Below, piece after piece: positions 9,842 through 20,521 of a DNA stretch of 64,000 nucleotides (the stretch's first letter is position 1; each line of letters begins with the position of its first letter). This DNA is from Pseudomonadota bacterium (lineage in GTDB: Bacteria > SZUA-182 > DTGQ01). The translations under genes and the position numbers were made by a program. The DNA is taken from positions 9,121-73,120 of the forward strand of contig DAOURK010000004.1 of assembly GCA_030625085.1 (NCBI GenBank). The letters are read 5' to 3'. The notes beneath the pieces were generated by a model, which saw only the letters and a program-made list of their open reading frames with translations, did no database searches and was not told the DNA's origin.

Positions 9842-10867
9842 TTAAACCTCCTGAGGACTTTGTTGCTCTAAAGGCACCATGATATGATGTTTTCTCATAA
9901 AGTACCCCAGATTTCTCCGATCAATTCCTAATAACTTTGCGGTCCTGCTCTTCACCCAATTGGCACGATCCAGGGCATTCAAAATCAAAATCTTCTCATA
10001 CAGCAATAACTGATTTCGCAAATTGAGATCTTTGGCCAGTATATTTTTGTCAACGTGAATATTGCCAATAATATCATTACTATTGGTTTGCTGACATTCC
10101 CTGATATGGGGGAGTAATGTCTCCGGATAAATTTTATCTCTGCTTCCAATAATCATGGCGTTTTCAATGACATTCTTCAATTCACGAATATTGCCGGGCC
10201 AGTCGTATTTTATCAATAACTCCATGGCCTCATCAGACACTCCTCTCACCATAGCATCCATTTCTCTATTATTTAACTGAATAAAATTCTCTATTAAAGG
10301 AGCAATATCCTCCTTCCGCTCTCTTAAAGGAGGCAAAAAGTTGGTTATTACAGTTAATCGATAATACAAATCTTCGCGAAAATTTCCCTTTTGGACTGCA
10401 TCTTTTAAAACTACATTGGTGGTAGCAATAACCCGGACATCTACCTTAATGGTTTTACTACTTCCTACTGGTACAATCTCCTCTTCCTGAAGCACGCGCA
10501 ACAATTTTGCCTGTCCTGCCAACGGCATATTCCCGATTTCGTCTAAAAGGATAGTACCTTTATTAGCCAGTTCGAAGCGGCCCTTTCTATCCGAAAGAGC
10601 ACCAGTATAAGACCCTTTCACATGGCCAAATAGCTCACTTTCCAGCAAGCTCTCACTCAAAGCGGCACAATTTACCTTGATAAAGGAACGATTATTTCGC
10701 AAACTGTGTTTGTAAATTGCATTGGCTACTACTTCCTTCCCTGTTCCACTCTCCCCTTGTATTAAAACCGTTGATTTGGTCTTGGCGATAATTCCAATGA
10801 GACGACAAATTTCTTTAACCTTCGCACTTTTCCCAATGATATCCGCTTGAATATAATCGTTATCCAT
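9842..10867 (-). CDS. Sigma54-dependent enhancer-binding protein (AAA+ plus Fis-type HTH) with no N-terminal sensor domain
   Basis: GESGTGKE, ESELFGHVKGSYTGA, LLDEIG, FREDLYYRL, WPGNIREL and C-terminal HTH. Start set at ATG 10867 (MDNDY) after a G7 RBS; the ORF track starts it at 10894. Confidence 0.92.
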   Translation of the reverse strand: MDNDYIQADIIGKSAKVKEICRLIGIIAKTKSTVLIQGESGTGKEVVANAIYKHSLRNNRSFIKVNCAALSESLLESELFGHVKGSYTGALSDRKGRFELANKGTILLDEIGNMPLAGQAKLLRVLQEEEIVPVGSSKTIKVDVRVIATTNVVLKDAVQKGNFREDLYYRLTVITNFLPPLRERKEDIAPLIENFIQLNNREMDAMVRGVSDEAMELLIKYDWPGNIRELKNVIENAMIIGSRDKIYPETLLPHIRECQQTNSNDIIGNIHVDKNILAKDLNLRNQLLLYEKILILNALDRANWVKSRTAKLLGIDRRNLGYFMRKHHIMVPLEQQSPQEV

Positions 10868-10935
10868 GATACCCCCCCAAATCAAGGTGAACAAATAACT
10901 TAGCTCTAATATTTTGCGTGTGTCTCTTTTTCTTG

Positions 10936-10951
10936 AGCAATTCCTATGCCA
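10936..10951 (-). promoter_or_regulatory. Sigma54 -24/-12 promoter
   Basis: Minus strand TGGCATAGGAATTGCT (GG-N10-GC), about 70 bp upstream of the activator start codon. Confidence 0.75.
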
Positions 10952-11298
10952 AAAAACGATTAAGGGGAATTTCTTAAATTATTTCAGGAGAATGTTATTA
11001 CTCAACCCAAAAATCCCTTTATAATTAATAAGTTACAAAGAAATAGTATCTATATAATTAATATACCAAAGCATAATTTAATCATGTTTGTAAAGCTATT
11101 AAGAGAGATTGTTATCAAACTATCCTGTATAATATTTCCTATATGAAAATAGTTGCATATTTATCTTATATTAGTAACTCTATTTCATATCAATTTATTT
11201 TCCCCTTCCTTACCTTCTGTATTGATTCTTTTATTTTAATGTGATAAATTTACGCCTATTAATTACCTTATGTATAATTAAAGGATAAATAGACGATC

Positions 11299-11841
11299 AT
11301 GAAAATTATTCCGTCGGATCCAAACACTCAACTGCCAGAATTAGAATGGTACGCTGTCCATACCCGATCTCGCCATGAACAAACCGTCTACGATCGACTT
11401 ATGTGCAAATCAATTCATACATTTTTACCCAAAATTGAAACCTGGAGTAAACGAAAAGATAGAGAAAAACGAATTCAGGTACCAATGTTTCGAGGGTATG
11501 TTTTTATCCAGGCCAATTTAGAAAACCGTCTTTGGCTTTCTGTTTTGCAAACACCTGGGGTTGCGCGGATAATTTCAAGCAACGGCAAACCTGTCCCTAT
11601 TCCAGAAAAGCAGATTGATTCAGTTCAGAAGGTTCTGGAAAAGGATACGGTCGTCACCCCCTACCCCTATTTAAATGTGGGGCAAAGGGTGAGAATTGTC
11701 GCCGGGGCCTTAAGAGGTGTTGAAGGCATTCTCCTTCGATTTAAATCCAACAAACAAAGATTGATACTATCAGTTGATATTCTTCAGCAGTCGATAAGTG
11801 TGGAAATGGATACGATCGAGGTTGAGCCAATAAATTTTTAA
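11299..11841 (+). CDS. UpxY/LoaP/RfaH-type NusG paralog (transcription antiterminator)
   Basis: WYAVHTRSRHE, VPMFRGYVF NGN domain; GQRVRIVAGALRGVEG KOW domain. Confidence 0.9.
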   Translation: MKIIPSDPNTQLPELEWYAVHTRSRHEQTVYDRLMCKSIHTFLPKIETWSKRKDREKRIQVPMFRGYVFIQANLENRLWLSVLQTPGVARIISSNGKPVPIPEKQIDSVQKVLEKDTVVTPYPYLNVGQRVRIVAGALRGVEGILLRFKSNKQRLILSVDILQQSISVEMDTIEVEPINF

Positions 11842-12004
11842 CTCCCATCAAAAATTATTGCCAGGATAAACAAAAAATAAAAATTGTTATAAATCATATT
11901 GTCCCGTCTAGTAATATTATTTGGTAATCAAACAGGCATATCCATTTCAGGGTCGCCACAAAGGATGAAAACATAAAGTCAATTTTCGGAACAAATAAAG
12001 GGCC

Positions 12005-13054
12005 TTATCCCCCTAAGGGAAGATTACTAAAGGCATTTAGAGAAAAAATATCTTCTGCCTTCAAAAAATTTCCGGCCACCTTTTGAAAATAACCCGCCGC
12101 AGCAATCATGGCCCCATTGTCTGTACACAAAAGAGGGGGAGGATAAAAAACCCTTACATCATTCTTTTGAGCTTCCATCTCGATTTTATCCCTCAGGCGA
12201 GAATTGCAAGCCACACCCCCAACTAAAATAAGTCTCCTCACCTTTTTATGCAGGCAGGCTTTAATACCCTTAAAGACAAGAGTATCCACCACCGCTTCCT
12301 GAAAAGAGGCCGCAATGTCCCGAATCTCAGAAGAGACTTCTGAGATTCGGCATATTCTATACCCTCCCAAAAGATTGGCTTGGGATCGTACATGATTAAA
12401 CACGGCAGTTTTCAGGCCACTAAAACTAAAATCAAAACGATCTTTTTCCAGATATACTCTTGGAAAACGCACTGCCGCCGGATTGCCGGATTCAGACAAC
12501 TGATCTATAACCGGCCCACCGGGGTAACCAAGATGTAAAATCTTAGCCACTTTATCAAAGGCCTCGCCTGCCGCATCATCTCTTGTTCCCCCTAAAAATT
12601 CATAATTGGTATGGCTGTAAACAGTAAAAAGGCTGGTATGTCCTCCTGAAACGACAAAAGCAATAAAGGGAAAATCCAAAGCAGGGTAATCAAGAAAAAT
12701 GGCTTTAATATGCCCTTCAATATGATGGATGGGCATAAGTGCCTTCTTCTTCACATAGGCAAGAGTTTTGGCTACAGACACTCCTATCAATAAAGAACCA
12801 ATCAACCCCGGGCCTACTGTCACCGCAATACCATCAATATTACTAAAATCCATTTGAGCTTCATGAAATACTTCATTCATAAGCGGGATTATAGATTCTA
12901 TATGCCTTCGTGAAGCAATTTCCGGGACTACACCTCCAAATTTACGATGAAATGAAATTTGAGAAGCAATTTTATGGGCAATAATTTTTACTCCATCTTG
13001 TACAATCGACACTGATGTTTCATCGCAAGAAGACTCTATCCCTAAAATGTTCAT
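12005..13054 (-). CDS. tsaD: tRNA N6-adenosine threonylcarbamoyltransferase TsaD
   Basis: ILGIESSCDET, GGVVPEIASRRH, HHIEGH, DDAAGEAFDK, CTDNGAMIA. Confidence 0.97.
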   Translation of the reverse strand: MNILGIESSCDETSVSIVQDGVKIIAHKIASQISFHRKFGGVVPEIASRRHIESIIPLMNEVFHEAQMDFSNIDGIAVTVGPGLIGSLLIGVSVAKTLAYVKKKALMPIHHIEGHIKAIFLDYPALDFPFIAFVVSGGHTSLFTVYSHTNYEFLGGTRDDAAGEAFDKVAKILHLGYPGGPVIDQLSESGNPAAVRFPRVYLEKDRFDFSFSGLKTAVFNHVRSQANLLGGYRICRISEVSSEIRDIAASFQEAVVDTLVFKGIKACLHKKVRRLILVGGVACNSRLRDKIEMEAQKNDVRVFYPPPLLCTDNGAMIAAAGYFQKVAGNFLKAEDIFSLNAFSNLPLGG

Positions 13055-13055
13055 C

Positions 13056-14288
13056 TTATTCCATCACCTTCGATAAAGTTACCAAAGTAATTCCCTTTTC
13101 CTCAAATTTTGGGACAGCCCTCTTTATGGCCTTAATCGTTTTCGGATGTAAGTGCCCAATACCAATGGCTTCTCCCTGTTCTAATGTCTTTTCAATCAAA
13201 AGATCGATTTGTCCTTCAATATAATTCAGGTCCTTTTTATTATCCAAAAAAACATGGCGGTAAGCACTGGGAACCCCCATTTTTTGTGCCAACCTATAGC
13301 CGACGCTTTTTTGAGTAGTGCGGCTATCTAAAAAATACAATCCTCGGGTTTTCAATTCTTCCAAAATGATATACATTGATCTTTCATCTTCCAACATCAA
13401 AGAACCCATATGATTATTTACTCCTACTGCCCAAGGGATATCCTGAAGATCGGAATCAAGAATCTCTAAAATCTCTTCTTTACTCATTTGTGTTAATAAA
13501 GTGTTTTTTTCCAAATATTTTGGTTCGCATTGATGCGGCTCCATGGGAAGATGCAGTATAACTTCCCAGGATTTTTGATGAGCTTCCAGAGCAACTTGAC
13601 GGCTAAATTTATGATGGGGTAATATTGACACTGTTAACGGCACATTTAATTTAAATAAAGAACGAGCTCGTGATAAATTATAGCCCAAATCATCTATTAC
13701 TAAAGCTACTACCGGCATCTGCTTCGGTTTGCTGGCAGCAAAAAGCTTTTTTTTAAATACTAAAATATAACTGCAAGATTGAGCCTCAGCCCTCCCCAAA
13801 TGAATAATCAGCTTCTCAGCCTGGGGTAATACCTCCTCTTGTGTCCCAAAAACTTTGCCCTCATGCTCTTGAACCAAACGAAAAACAACCTGCCGGATAC
13901 CGGCCAATGAGGAAACGCTGGTAAACTCAATATGACGTTTGATAGGACATAAAGATTCGGTAACCGCGCCGCTCAAATTGACTTCACTCAACCCCATGGC
14001 AGGTAAAGATTTTTGAAGAACCGAATCGAATTCCTTTGACCAAACAAAATCACTCTCTTGCTCATTCAAAGGAGTGGGGGGGGGAGAAGAAATAAAACCT
14101 TTCAATCGAATATATAAAGAGCAAACAGTATGTTTACTATTTTTGGTACACTGATCAAAAAACTTCCTTTGATGGCGGTAGGTAAAAATTCCCAATAAAA
14201 GGCATAGTAGTCCCAAGAATACTATGACCCATGTTCGTAAGTACCTCCACCTTTTTTTCTGGAAGTGCCCTTTCTTTCTTTTCCCCAT
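13056..14288 (-). CDS. Divergent polysaccharide deacetylase (YibQ-like), membrane anchored
   Basis: VIDDLG, LHLPMEP, GVNNHMGS, FLDSRT, AIGIGH motifs; typical position after envC-ctpA. Confidence 0.9.
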   Translation of the reverse strand: MGKRKKGHFQKKRWRYLRTWVIVFLGLLCLLLGIFTYRHQRKFFDQCTKNSKHTVCSLYIRLKGFISSPPPTPLNEQESDFVWSKEFDSVLQKSLPAMGLSEVNLSGAVTESLCPIKRHIEFTSVSSLAGIRQVVFRLVQEHEGKVFGTQEEVLPQAEKLIIHLGRAEAQSCSYILVFKKKLFAASKPKQMPVVALVIDDLGYNLSRARSLFKLNVPLTVSILPHHKFSRQVALEAHQKSWEVILHLPMEPHQCEPKYLEKNTLLTQMSKEEILEILDSDLQDIPWAVGVNNHMGSLMLEDERSMYIILEELKTRGLYFLDSRTTQKSVGYRLAQKMGVPSAYRHVFLDNKKDLNYIEGQIDLLIEKTLEQGEAIGIGHLHPKTIKAIKRAVPKFEEKGITLVTLSKVME

Positions 14289-14305
14289 TTTTCTTTGTGG
14301 GAAAG

Positions 14306-15646
14306 CTATAATTTTTTACTTGCTTCTAAAATTTTGGCGGCCCGTATAATATCAATAGCCCGCTGTAGTTGAAGATCCTCAAAATATTTCATCCCTATTT
14401 TCTCATTTTCCATATCTTGGGAATTGGGATCTGTTTGAGGCTTTTTTACATCTTTCGACTTAAGACGATTTTCCATCTCAAGCAGATCTTTTTCTCGAAT
14501 AGCGTGTTCTTCCGAAATAATATTTTCCTTTTCTTCCTTCCGGAGATTTTCCACAAAAACATCCGGCATAATCCCCTTTGCATGAATAGATATGCCTTTT
14601 GGGGTGTAATATTTAGCCGTAGTAAGCCGCAAAGCTGATCCATCGGATAAGGGGTATATAGTCTGAACCGAGCCCTTGCCAAAAGTTTTAGCTCCCACAA
14701 CAACAGCACGCTTCCAATCTTGCAAAGCGCCGGCCACAATTTCCGAAGCACTGGCACTGCCTGCATTAACCAAAACCACCATCGGCATCCCCACCGGGAT
14801 AAAAGGAGCACGGTTCGATTTAAAGGTAATGGTTTGATCCTCCCCCTTCCCTCGAGTAGTAACCACCACATATCCTTTAGGTAAAAATTTATCAGCCACA
14901 TCAACGGCTACACTCAACAATCCGCCGGCATTAAAGCGTTCATCCAAAATTAATCCATCTAGTTCCTTGATTTTGATTTTTTTTAATTCCTTAATCATAT
15001 CTTTCGCTGTATTTTCTTGAAATTGACGTAATCGAATGTAGCCGATTTTATTACCATTGCCTTTTATTACTTTGGAGCTAACGCTTGCCAATTTGATTAC
15101 ACCACGGGTAATAGTAAAATCTTTTGGTCTTTCAAAACGTTCCCGCATAATGGTAATGGTTACCTCGGTTCCCCTCGGGCCTCGCATTCTTTTGGCCGCT
15201 TCTGCTAAAGACATATCTTTAGTAAAAATGCCGTCAATTTTTAAAATCTGATCCTCGGATTCAATCCCGATTTTGAAAGCCGGAGTTCCCTCAATAGGAG
15301 ACACAACTGTTAGTACTCTTTCACGAATGGTAATTTCAATGCCAATTCCCTCAAATTTACCTCGTGTATCAACTTGCATCTCCTTATACATTTCTGTAGT
15401 CAGAAAAGAACTATGAGGATCAAGAATTTGCAACATGCCTTTAATAGCCCCATGAACCAAATCTTTAACCTCGGAATCCTCCACATAATTGTTTTGGACT
15501 TTGGAGAGAACCTCACTAAAAACTTTTAAATCTTCATAGGACTCCTTGCCTGAAACAACGCGATTTCCCAAACCAACGACACCTACTACCAATAAAACCA
15601 AAACCATCAACAAATACAACCCTACTTTTGATTTCAATTTTTGCAT
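14306..15646 (-). CDS. ctpA: Carboxyl-terminal processing protease, S41 family
   Basis: LDPHS, PDZ (GIGIEI), GSASASEIVAGALQD, TFGKGSVQ. Confidence 0.93.
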   Translation of the reverse strand: MQKLKSKVGLYLLMVLVLLVVGVVGLGNRVVSGKESYEDLKVFSEVLSKVQNNYVEDSEVKDLVHGAIKGMLQILDPHSSFLTTEMYKEMQVDTRGKFEGIGIEITIRERVLTVVSPIEGTPAFKIGIESEDQILKIDGIFTKDMSLAEAAKRMRGPRGTEVTITIMRERFERPKDFTITRGVIKLASVSSKVIKGNGNKIGYIRLRQFQENTAKDMIKELKKIKIKELDGLILDERFNAGGLLSVAVDVADKFLPKGYVVVTTRGKGEDQTITFKSNRAPFIPVGMPMVVLVNAGSASASEIVAGALQDWKRAVVVGAKTFGKGSVQTIYPLSDGSALRLTTAKYYTPKGISIHAKGIMPDVFVENLRKEEKENIISEEHAIREKDLLEMENRLKSKDVKKPQTDPNSQDMENEKIGMKYFEDLQLQRAIDIIRAAKILEASKKL

Positions 15647-15681
15647 TTTTTCTCCTTTTCATGTATATATATATTTAATGA

Positions 15682-16875
15682 CTACTGTAACCAGGCTAAT
15701 GGTTCAAAAGGCTTTCCATGAAAACGAATTTCAAAATATAATTGAGGTTCCCTCACCGCACCCGTATCACCAACCAGGGCAATTAATTGCCCCTCCTTAA
15801 CAATATCCTGAGAATCTATCAACAATTCCGAAATATGGGCATAAATACTGCAATATCCTTCGCCATGATCCACAATAAGTAATTTCCCGTACCCTATACA
15901 CCAATCCGCGTATAATACTTTCCCCTCGTAAATAGAATATATCTCTTGTCCCTCAGGGGCTTGAATAACGATCCCTTTATTTCGAGGTAAAACCTTAATT
16001 CCCCCTTCCCCTGATTTATTTCCAGCAAAAGAGTAACTTAACCCTTGGATAGGCCAAAAAAGTTGCCCTTTTTTTGAGGCAAAATCAAACGAAAGGGATT
16101 GTTGAACCTGTTTTTTTTGTAATTTGGTCAATAATTTTTGAATTTCAGCCCTCCGGTCATGCAATTCTTGACTTATCAGGTGAAATCTTTCCCCTTTATT
16201 TTGAAGTATGCCTAAATAAAGTTCTTTCTCCTCTTTTTTTTTAATCCATTCTGTTTCCTGTTCAATAATCTCTTTTCTTAATTCTTCTATCTCCTGTTGG
16301 TAATGATGGATCTTTTCCTGTTTTATCCGCTTCTTTTTTATTTTGCCGGCGAAATTCTGAATCAATTGTGAGTCTTCTTCAGCCACTAACCTTAAATAAG
16401 CAATCTTCTGGGAAAGTTCCATGAAAGAATCAGACCCGAATATTACCCGCCAAAATCTCAAAGAGCCTGATTTATACCAAGAACGAAGACGTAAGGCCAA
16501 AAAATTCTTTTGATTAGCCAAAGAGGATTGTAATCGATTGATCTCATTATGTAAATTATCTTGTTTTAATTGATTTATACATATTTTATCATCAAACACC
16601 CTTCGCTCATAACCATATTTCTCTATAAATTGGTCACATATCTCAACTCTTTGAAAAACTTTTTTTTCTTCTGTTTGTATTTTCCTTAACCTTTTTTCCC
16701 CCTCCAAAATCTTGTTCTCAATTGCTTTCAACTTTCCCTGCGCTTGCTGGATCCCTTGTTGAAGTGTATTGATTTTCTCTGCATGAATCAAAGAGTTACA
16801 AAAAATACACAAAGAAAAGATAAAAATAAACCAAAAAAAAGCATCATACCTCTTCTTCCAAAAAAAAGCAACCAT
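15682..16875 (-). CDS. envC: Murein hydrolase activator EnvC (coiled coil plus degenerate M23)
   Basis: Signal peptide, long coiled coil, C-terminal M23-like domain (GYGKLLIVDHG, SIYAH, LYFEIR); follows ftsEX. Confidence 0.87.
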   Translation of the reverse strand: MVAFFWKKRYDAFFWFIFIFSLCIFCNSLIHAEKINTLQQGIQQAQGKLKAIENKILEGEKRLRKIQTEEKKVFQRVEICDQFIEKYGYERRVFDDKICINQLKQDNLHNEINRLQSSLANQKNFLALRLRSWYKSGSLRFWRVIFGSDSFMELSQKIAYLRLVAEEDSQLIQNFAGKIKKKRIKQEKIHHYQQEIEELRKEIIEQETEWIKKKEEKELYLGILQNKGERFHLISQELHDRRAEIQKLLTKLQKKQVQQSLSFDFASKKGQLFWPIQGLSYSFAGNKSGEGGIKVLPRNKGIVIQAPEGQEIYSIYEGKVLYADWCIGYGKLLIVDHGEGYCSIYAHISELLIDSQDIVKEGQLIALVGDTGAVREPQLYFEIRFHGKPFEPLAWLQ

Positions 16876-16884
16876 TTCTGAACA

Positions 16885-17808
16885 TTATCTCATTTGATGT
16901 GAAGGGACACAAAAAGGCAAAATAGCGCCTAACCCACCTACCAGAACCCCTAAGATAAGAATCAGAAAAATCTCTCTACTCCCAAAAAAATCAATGGCAG
17001 ATATTCCGAAAACTAATTTTAGGAGAGGACTAATCTCCCAACAAAATGCATAATAAAGCACTGTTGAAATCACAAGCGCTAGACATCCTCCTAAGAAACC
17101 CTCCATTATTCCCTCAAAAACAAAGGGAAACCGAACATACCATTCAGTAGCCCCCACAAGACGCATAATTATTATTTCATCTCGTCGATTATCAATGGTG
17201 AGATGAATGGTGCTGGCAATAATAAACAAGGAAATAATAGTCAATATTGCTCCTATACATAATAATACCAAGCGAATTGCCATAAGTAAACCCGACAATT
17301 TTTGAACCCACTCCCCCCCCCCTTGCAAACTATCTACTTCAGGCAAATTGGTCAAACGAGAGAAAAATGACTTCAAGAGATCAGGGTCTTTCAGCTCATG
17401 AGAGAGAGATAATTCAAAGGATGCAGGAAGGGGATTATAGGCAAGGCCATCCAATAAAATTGCGTCTTTTTTGAGCATCCTGCGAAATTTCTCCAAAGCC
17501 TCAGTTTTAGAAATATAGCGAGCCTCTGAAACCTCCACAAAACCAGCCAATTTTTGCTGAAGGTGGGAAATCTGACGGGGAGAGATATTTTCTTTAAGAT
17601 ACAAAACCACCTCAATATTTCTTGCTAAGTCAAGAACAGGGGAAAGATTAGATGAGACTAATAAATAGAGGCAAATAAGCAGTAAGGAGCAGGCGATACT
17701 AATCACGGCGATAATTGTCGACAGGCCGCCAATTTTAAAATTTCGCCCTGCCTGACGAAAAAAATAAAAAAAATGGCGAAATCCGGCATGGATTCTAGTA
17801 ATGAGCAA
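16885..17808 (-). CDS. ftsX: Cell division permease FtsX
   Basis: Four TM segments, NPLPASF, RRDEIIIMRLVGATEWYVRFPF. Confidence 0.92.
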   Translation of the reverse strand: MLITRIHAGFRHFFYFFRQAGRNFKIGGLSTIIAVISIACSLLLICLYLLVSSNLSPVLDLARNIEVVLYLKENISPRQISHLQQKLAGFVEVSEARYISKTEALEKFRRMLKKDAILLDGLAYNPLPASFELSLSHELKDPDLLKSFFSRLTNLPEVDSLQGGGEWVQKLSGLLMAIRLVLLCIGAILTIISLFIIASTIHLTIDNRRDEIIIMRLVGATEWYVRFPFVFEGIMEGFLGGCLALVISTVLYYAFCWEISPLLKLVFGISAIDFFGSREIFLILILGVLVGGLGAILPFCVPSHQMR

Positions 17809-18469
17809 TTTCCCCTTCTCTTAAATAAATTGCCCTCTCATTCATTCCTTCTACTGTTCTCAGGTTATGGGTGGCCATGAGCACCGTAGTCCCTTCATGA
17901 TTAATATCTAAAAAAAGTTGCATAATTTCTCTTGATCGTTCTGCATCCAGATTTCCAGTGGGCTCATCTGCCAATAATAAAACGGGATTATTTACCACTG
18001 CACGAGCAATAGCTACTCGTTGCTGTTCTCCTCCCGAAATTCTCTTTGGATATCGTTCCAGTTTATGTTCTAAACCTACCCGTTTTAAAGCAGCGCAGAC
18101 TTTTCGTTCAATTTCAAATCTGGATCGGCCCAGAACCCGGAGCACATAGGCGACATTTTCAAAAACTGTCTTGGTAGGAATGAGTTTGAAATCTTGAAAT
18201 ACCACACCAATTTTACGGCGCAACTGATATATGTGACTATCCTTCAGTTTATTGATATTTCTTCCATTAACAATAATTTGCCCAGAGGAAGTCTTTTCCT
18301 CCCGGAACAATAACCTCATTAAGGTTGTCTTACCAGCCCCACTTGACCCAACCAGAAAAACAAACTCTCCCTTTTCAATACGTAAATTGATATCGACCAA
18401 GGCCTTGCAGTTGCCATCAAATGTTTTATAAACATGAAACATTTGAACAATGGCCGATAAGGGCTGCAT
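17795..18469 (-). CDS. ftsE: Cell division ATP-binding protein FtsE
   Basis: [39 protein letters not shown]. Confidence 0.95.
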   Translation of the reverse strand: MQPLSAIVQMFHVYKTFDGNCKALVDINLRIEKGEFVFLVGSSGAGKTTLMRLLFREEKTSSGQIIVNGRNINKLKDSHIYQLRRKIGVVFQDFKLIPTKTVFENVAYVLRVLGRSRFEIERKVCAALKRVGLEHKLERYPKRISGGEQQRVAIARAVVNNPVLLLADEPTGNLDAERSREIMQLFLDINHEGTTVLMATHNLRTVEGMNERAIYLREGEIAHY

Positions 18470-18476
18470 GAGATAT

Positions 18477-19427
18477 TCAAACCTTTTTTTTCTTATCTAT
18501 TATTTCTTTTACAGATTGAACAATGGATTGCGCGTTTAAACCATAATAATTCAAAAGCTCATCAGCATCCCCGGAAATTCCAAAGCAGTCCTTGATTCCG
18601 ATTCTTTTCAGCGGCACTGGACATTGCTCAGACAAAACCTCGGCTACAGCGCTTCCCAATCCACCGATAATCGAATGTTCCTCGGCAGTTACCACAGCCC
18701 CAGTCTCCTGAGCCGCAGATATAATAGCTTCTCGGTCGATGGGCTTTATAGTAGACATGTTGATTACTCGAACGGAAATACCTTGCTCTTTTAACATTTG
18801 CTGGGCTTCAAGGGCCCTGGAAACCATAAGCCCAATGGCTATTACCGTGGCCTCCGTGCCTTCTTCAAGGACAATGGCCTTACCCTTTCTAAAGACATAT
18901 TGAGAATCAAAAATTACCGGGAATTTATATCTACTCAACCGCAAATAAACAGGGCGGTTATCGTACTTGACTAAATACTCCAGGGCTTTTTCCGTCTCGA
19001 TCCCATCCGCAGGCACAATAATACTCATATTGGGTAAATTCCGCATCAAGGAAATATCTTCATTCGCTTGATGCGTAGCACTATCTTCTCCTACAGTAAT
19101 GCCTGAATGTGAAGCCACAATTTTAACATTTTGTTGAGAATAACAAAGTGATTGACGAATTTGATCCCAGGCTCTTCCTGTGGCAAAAACAGCAAAAGTG
19201 CTGACAAAGGCAATTTTACCGGCTGCGGCTAATCCCGCAGCCGTAGAAATCATATCTTGTTCGGCAATACCCATATTAAAAAATCTTTCAGGAAACGCCT
19301 CAGCGAATTTACAAGTGCGGGTCGAGCAGGAAAGATCTGCATCCAAAACCACAATATTGGGATTTTGTTGTCCCAATCTCACCAACACTTCTCCATATAC
19401 ATCCCTGGTACCTAATTTCTTGACCAT
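18477..19427 (-). CDS. Transketolase C-terminal subunit
   Basis: LDADL, MGIAEQ, GEDSATHQ, EEHSIIGGLG. Confidence 0.93.
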   Translation of the reverse strand: MVKKLGTRDVYGEVLVRLGQQNPNIVVLDADLSCSTRTCKFAEAFPERFFNMGIAEQDMISTAAGLAAAGKIAFVSTFAVFATGRAWDQIRQSLCYSQQNVKIVASHSGITVGEDSATHQANEDISLMRNLPNMSIIVPADGIETEKALEYLVKYDNRPVYLRLSRYKFPVIFDSQYVFRKGKAIVLEEGTEATVIAIGLMVSRALEAQQMLKEQGISVRVINMSTIKPIDREAIISAAQETGAVVTAEEHSIIGGLGSAVAEVLSEQCPVPLKRIGIKDCFGISGDADELLNYYGLNAQSIVQSVKEIIDKKKKV

Positions 19428-19430
19428 GAT

Positions 19431-20258
19431 CTACCTTAACTCCAATAATGCTTTTTCCAGCTCTTCCTCTGTAGGCGCCACACCATGATAGCCCACCTTC
19501 CCTTCCATAAAAGAAACACCCTTTCCTTTAACTGTATGAGCGATAATCATGCAGGGCTTACCCTTGATTTTTTCACATTGATCAAACGCAGTCGATAAAC
19601 TATGCAGATTGTGGCCGTCAGCCTCAAGAACCTGCCAGCCAAAAGCCTCCCATTTTTCTTTCATAGGTTCCACATTCATTATTTCACAAACAGAACCGTC
19701 AATCTGTAATTTATTGGCATCAATAATGCCGCAAAGATTATCTAAATGATAATGAGCGGCTGTCATGGCAGCTTCCCAAATTTGCCCCTCCTGGGTCTCT
19801 CCATCACCCATCAAAACATATACTCGCCATTTAGCCTTATCCAACTTGGCAGCCAAGGCCATCCCATTGGCTGCCGATAATCCCTGGCCCAAAGAGCCGG
19901 TCGAAATCTCAATACCGGGAGTACTTATATTGTAAGGGTGCCCCTGGAGCATCTCGTTAATTTTCCGAAGTTTCTTTAACTCTGCCTCATTAAAATATCC
20001 CAGCCGGGCTAAGATGGCATACAAAGCCGGCGCTCCATGTCCCTTAGATAAGACAAACCGATCACGATCGGGCCACGTGGGATTTTTAGGATCATAACGA
20101 AGTTTAAAAAAATAAAGAGTCACCAGAATTTCTATAATTGAAAGAGATCCTCCCGTATGTCCGGAGCCGGCGAGTGTCAACATCTTAAGAACTTCAACCC
20201 GCAGTTGGCGAGCTATCTCTTTCAATTCCAAAATTTTATTCTCTGGTAATGACATCAT
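19431..20258 (-). CDS. Transketolase N-terminal subunit
   Basis: SGHTGGSLS, DRFVLSKGH, STGSLGQG, GDGETQEGQIWEA (TPP binding). Confidence 0.94.
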   Translation of the reverse strand: MMSLPENKILELKEIARQLRVEVLKMLTLAGSGHTGGSLSIIEILVTLYFFKLRYDPKNPTWPDRDRFVLSKGHGAPALYAILARLGYFNEAELKKLRKINEMLQGHPYNISTPGIEISTGSLGQGLSAANGMALAAKLDKAKWRVYVLMGDGETQEGQIWEAAMTAAHYHLDNLCGIIDANKLQIDGSVCEIMNVEPMKEKWEAFGWQVLEADGHNLHSLSTAFDQCEKIKGKPCMIIAHTVKGKGVSFMEGKVGYHGVAPTEEELEKALLELR

Positions 20259-20521
20259 TCTTTCCTTTTTCCAAAAGTATCTACTCCCTTTATTTCATTA
20301 TAAACGGATAAAAACACAAAGCCGACCATGTTAATAATTTCAAAGGAAACAACAGAATATTATATCACGACGTCACTTTTTTTTGAATGGGAAAAATATA
20401 TCCGATTGGATTTAAGATTAATAAATGAATCTAGTTAAGGCAATTGATGGTTAATAATCGTTTAAATGGTGGAACTTTCTATAAAAAAATAAAAAATTCC
20501 GTGTCCATTCAAATCATCTCA

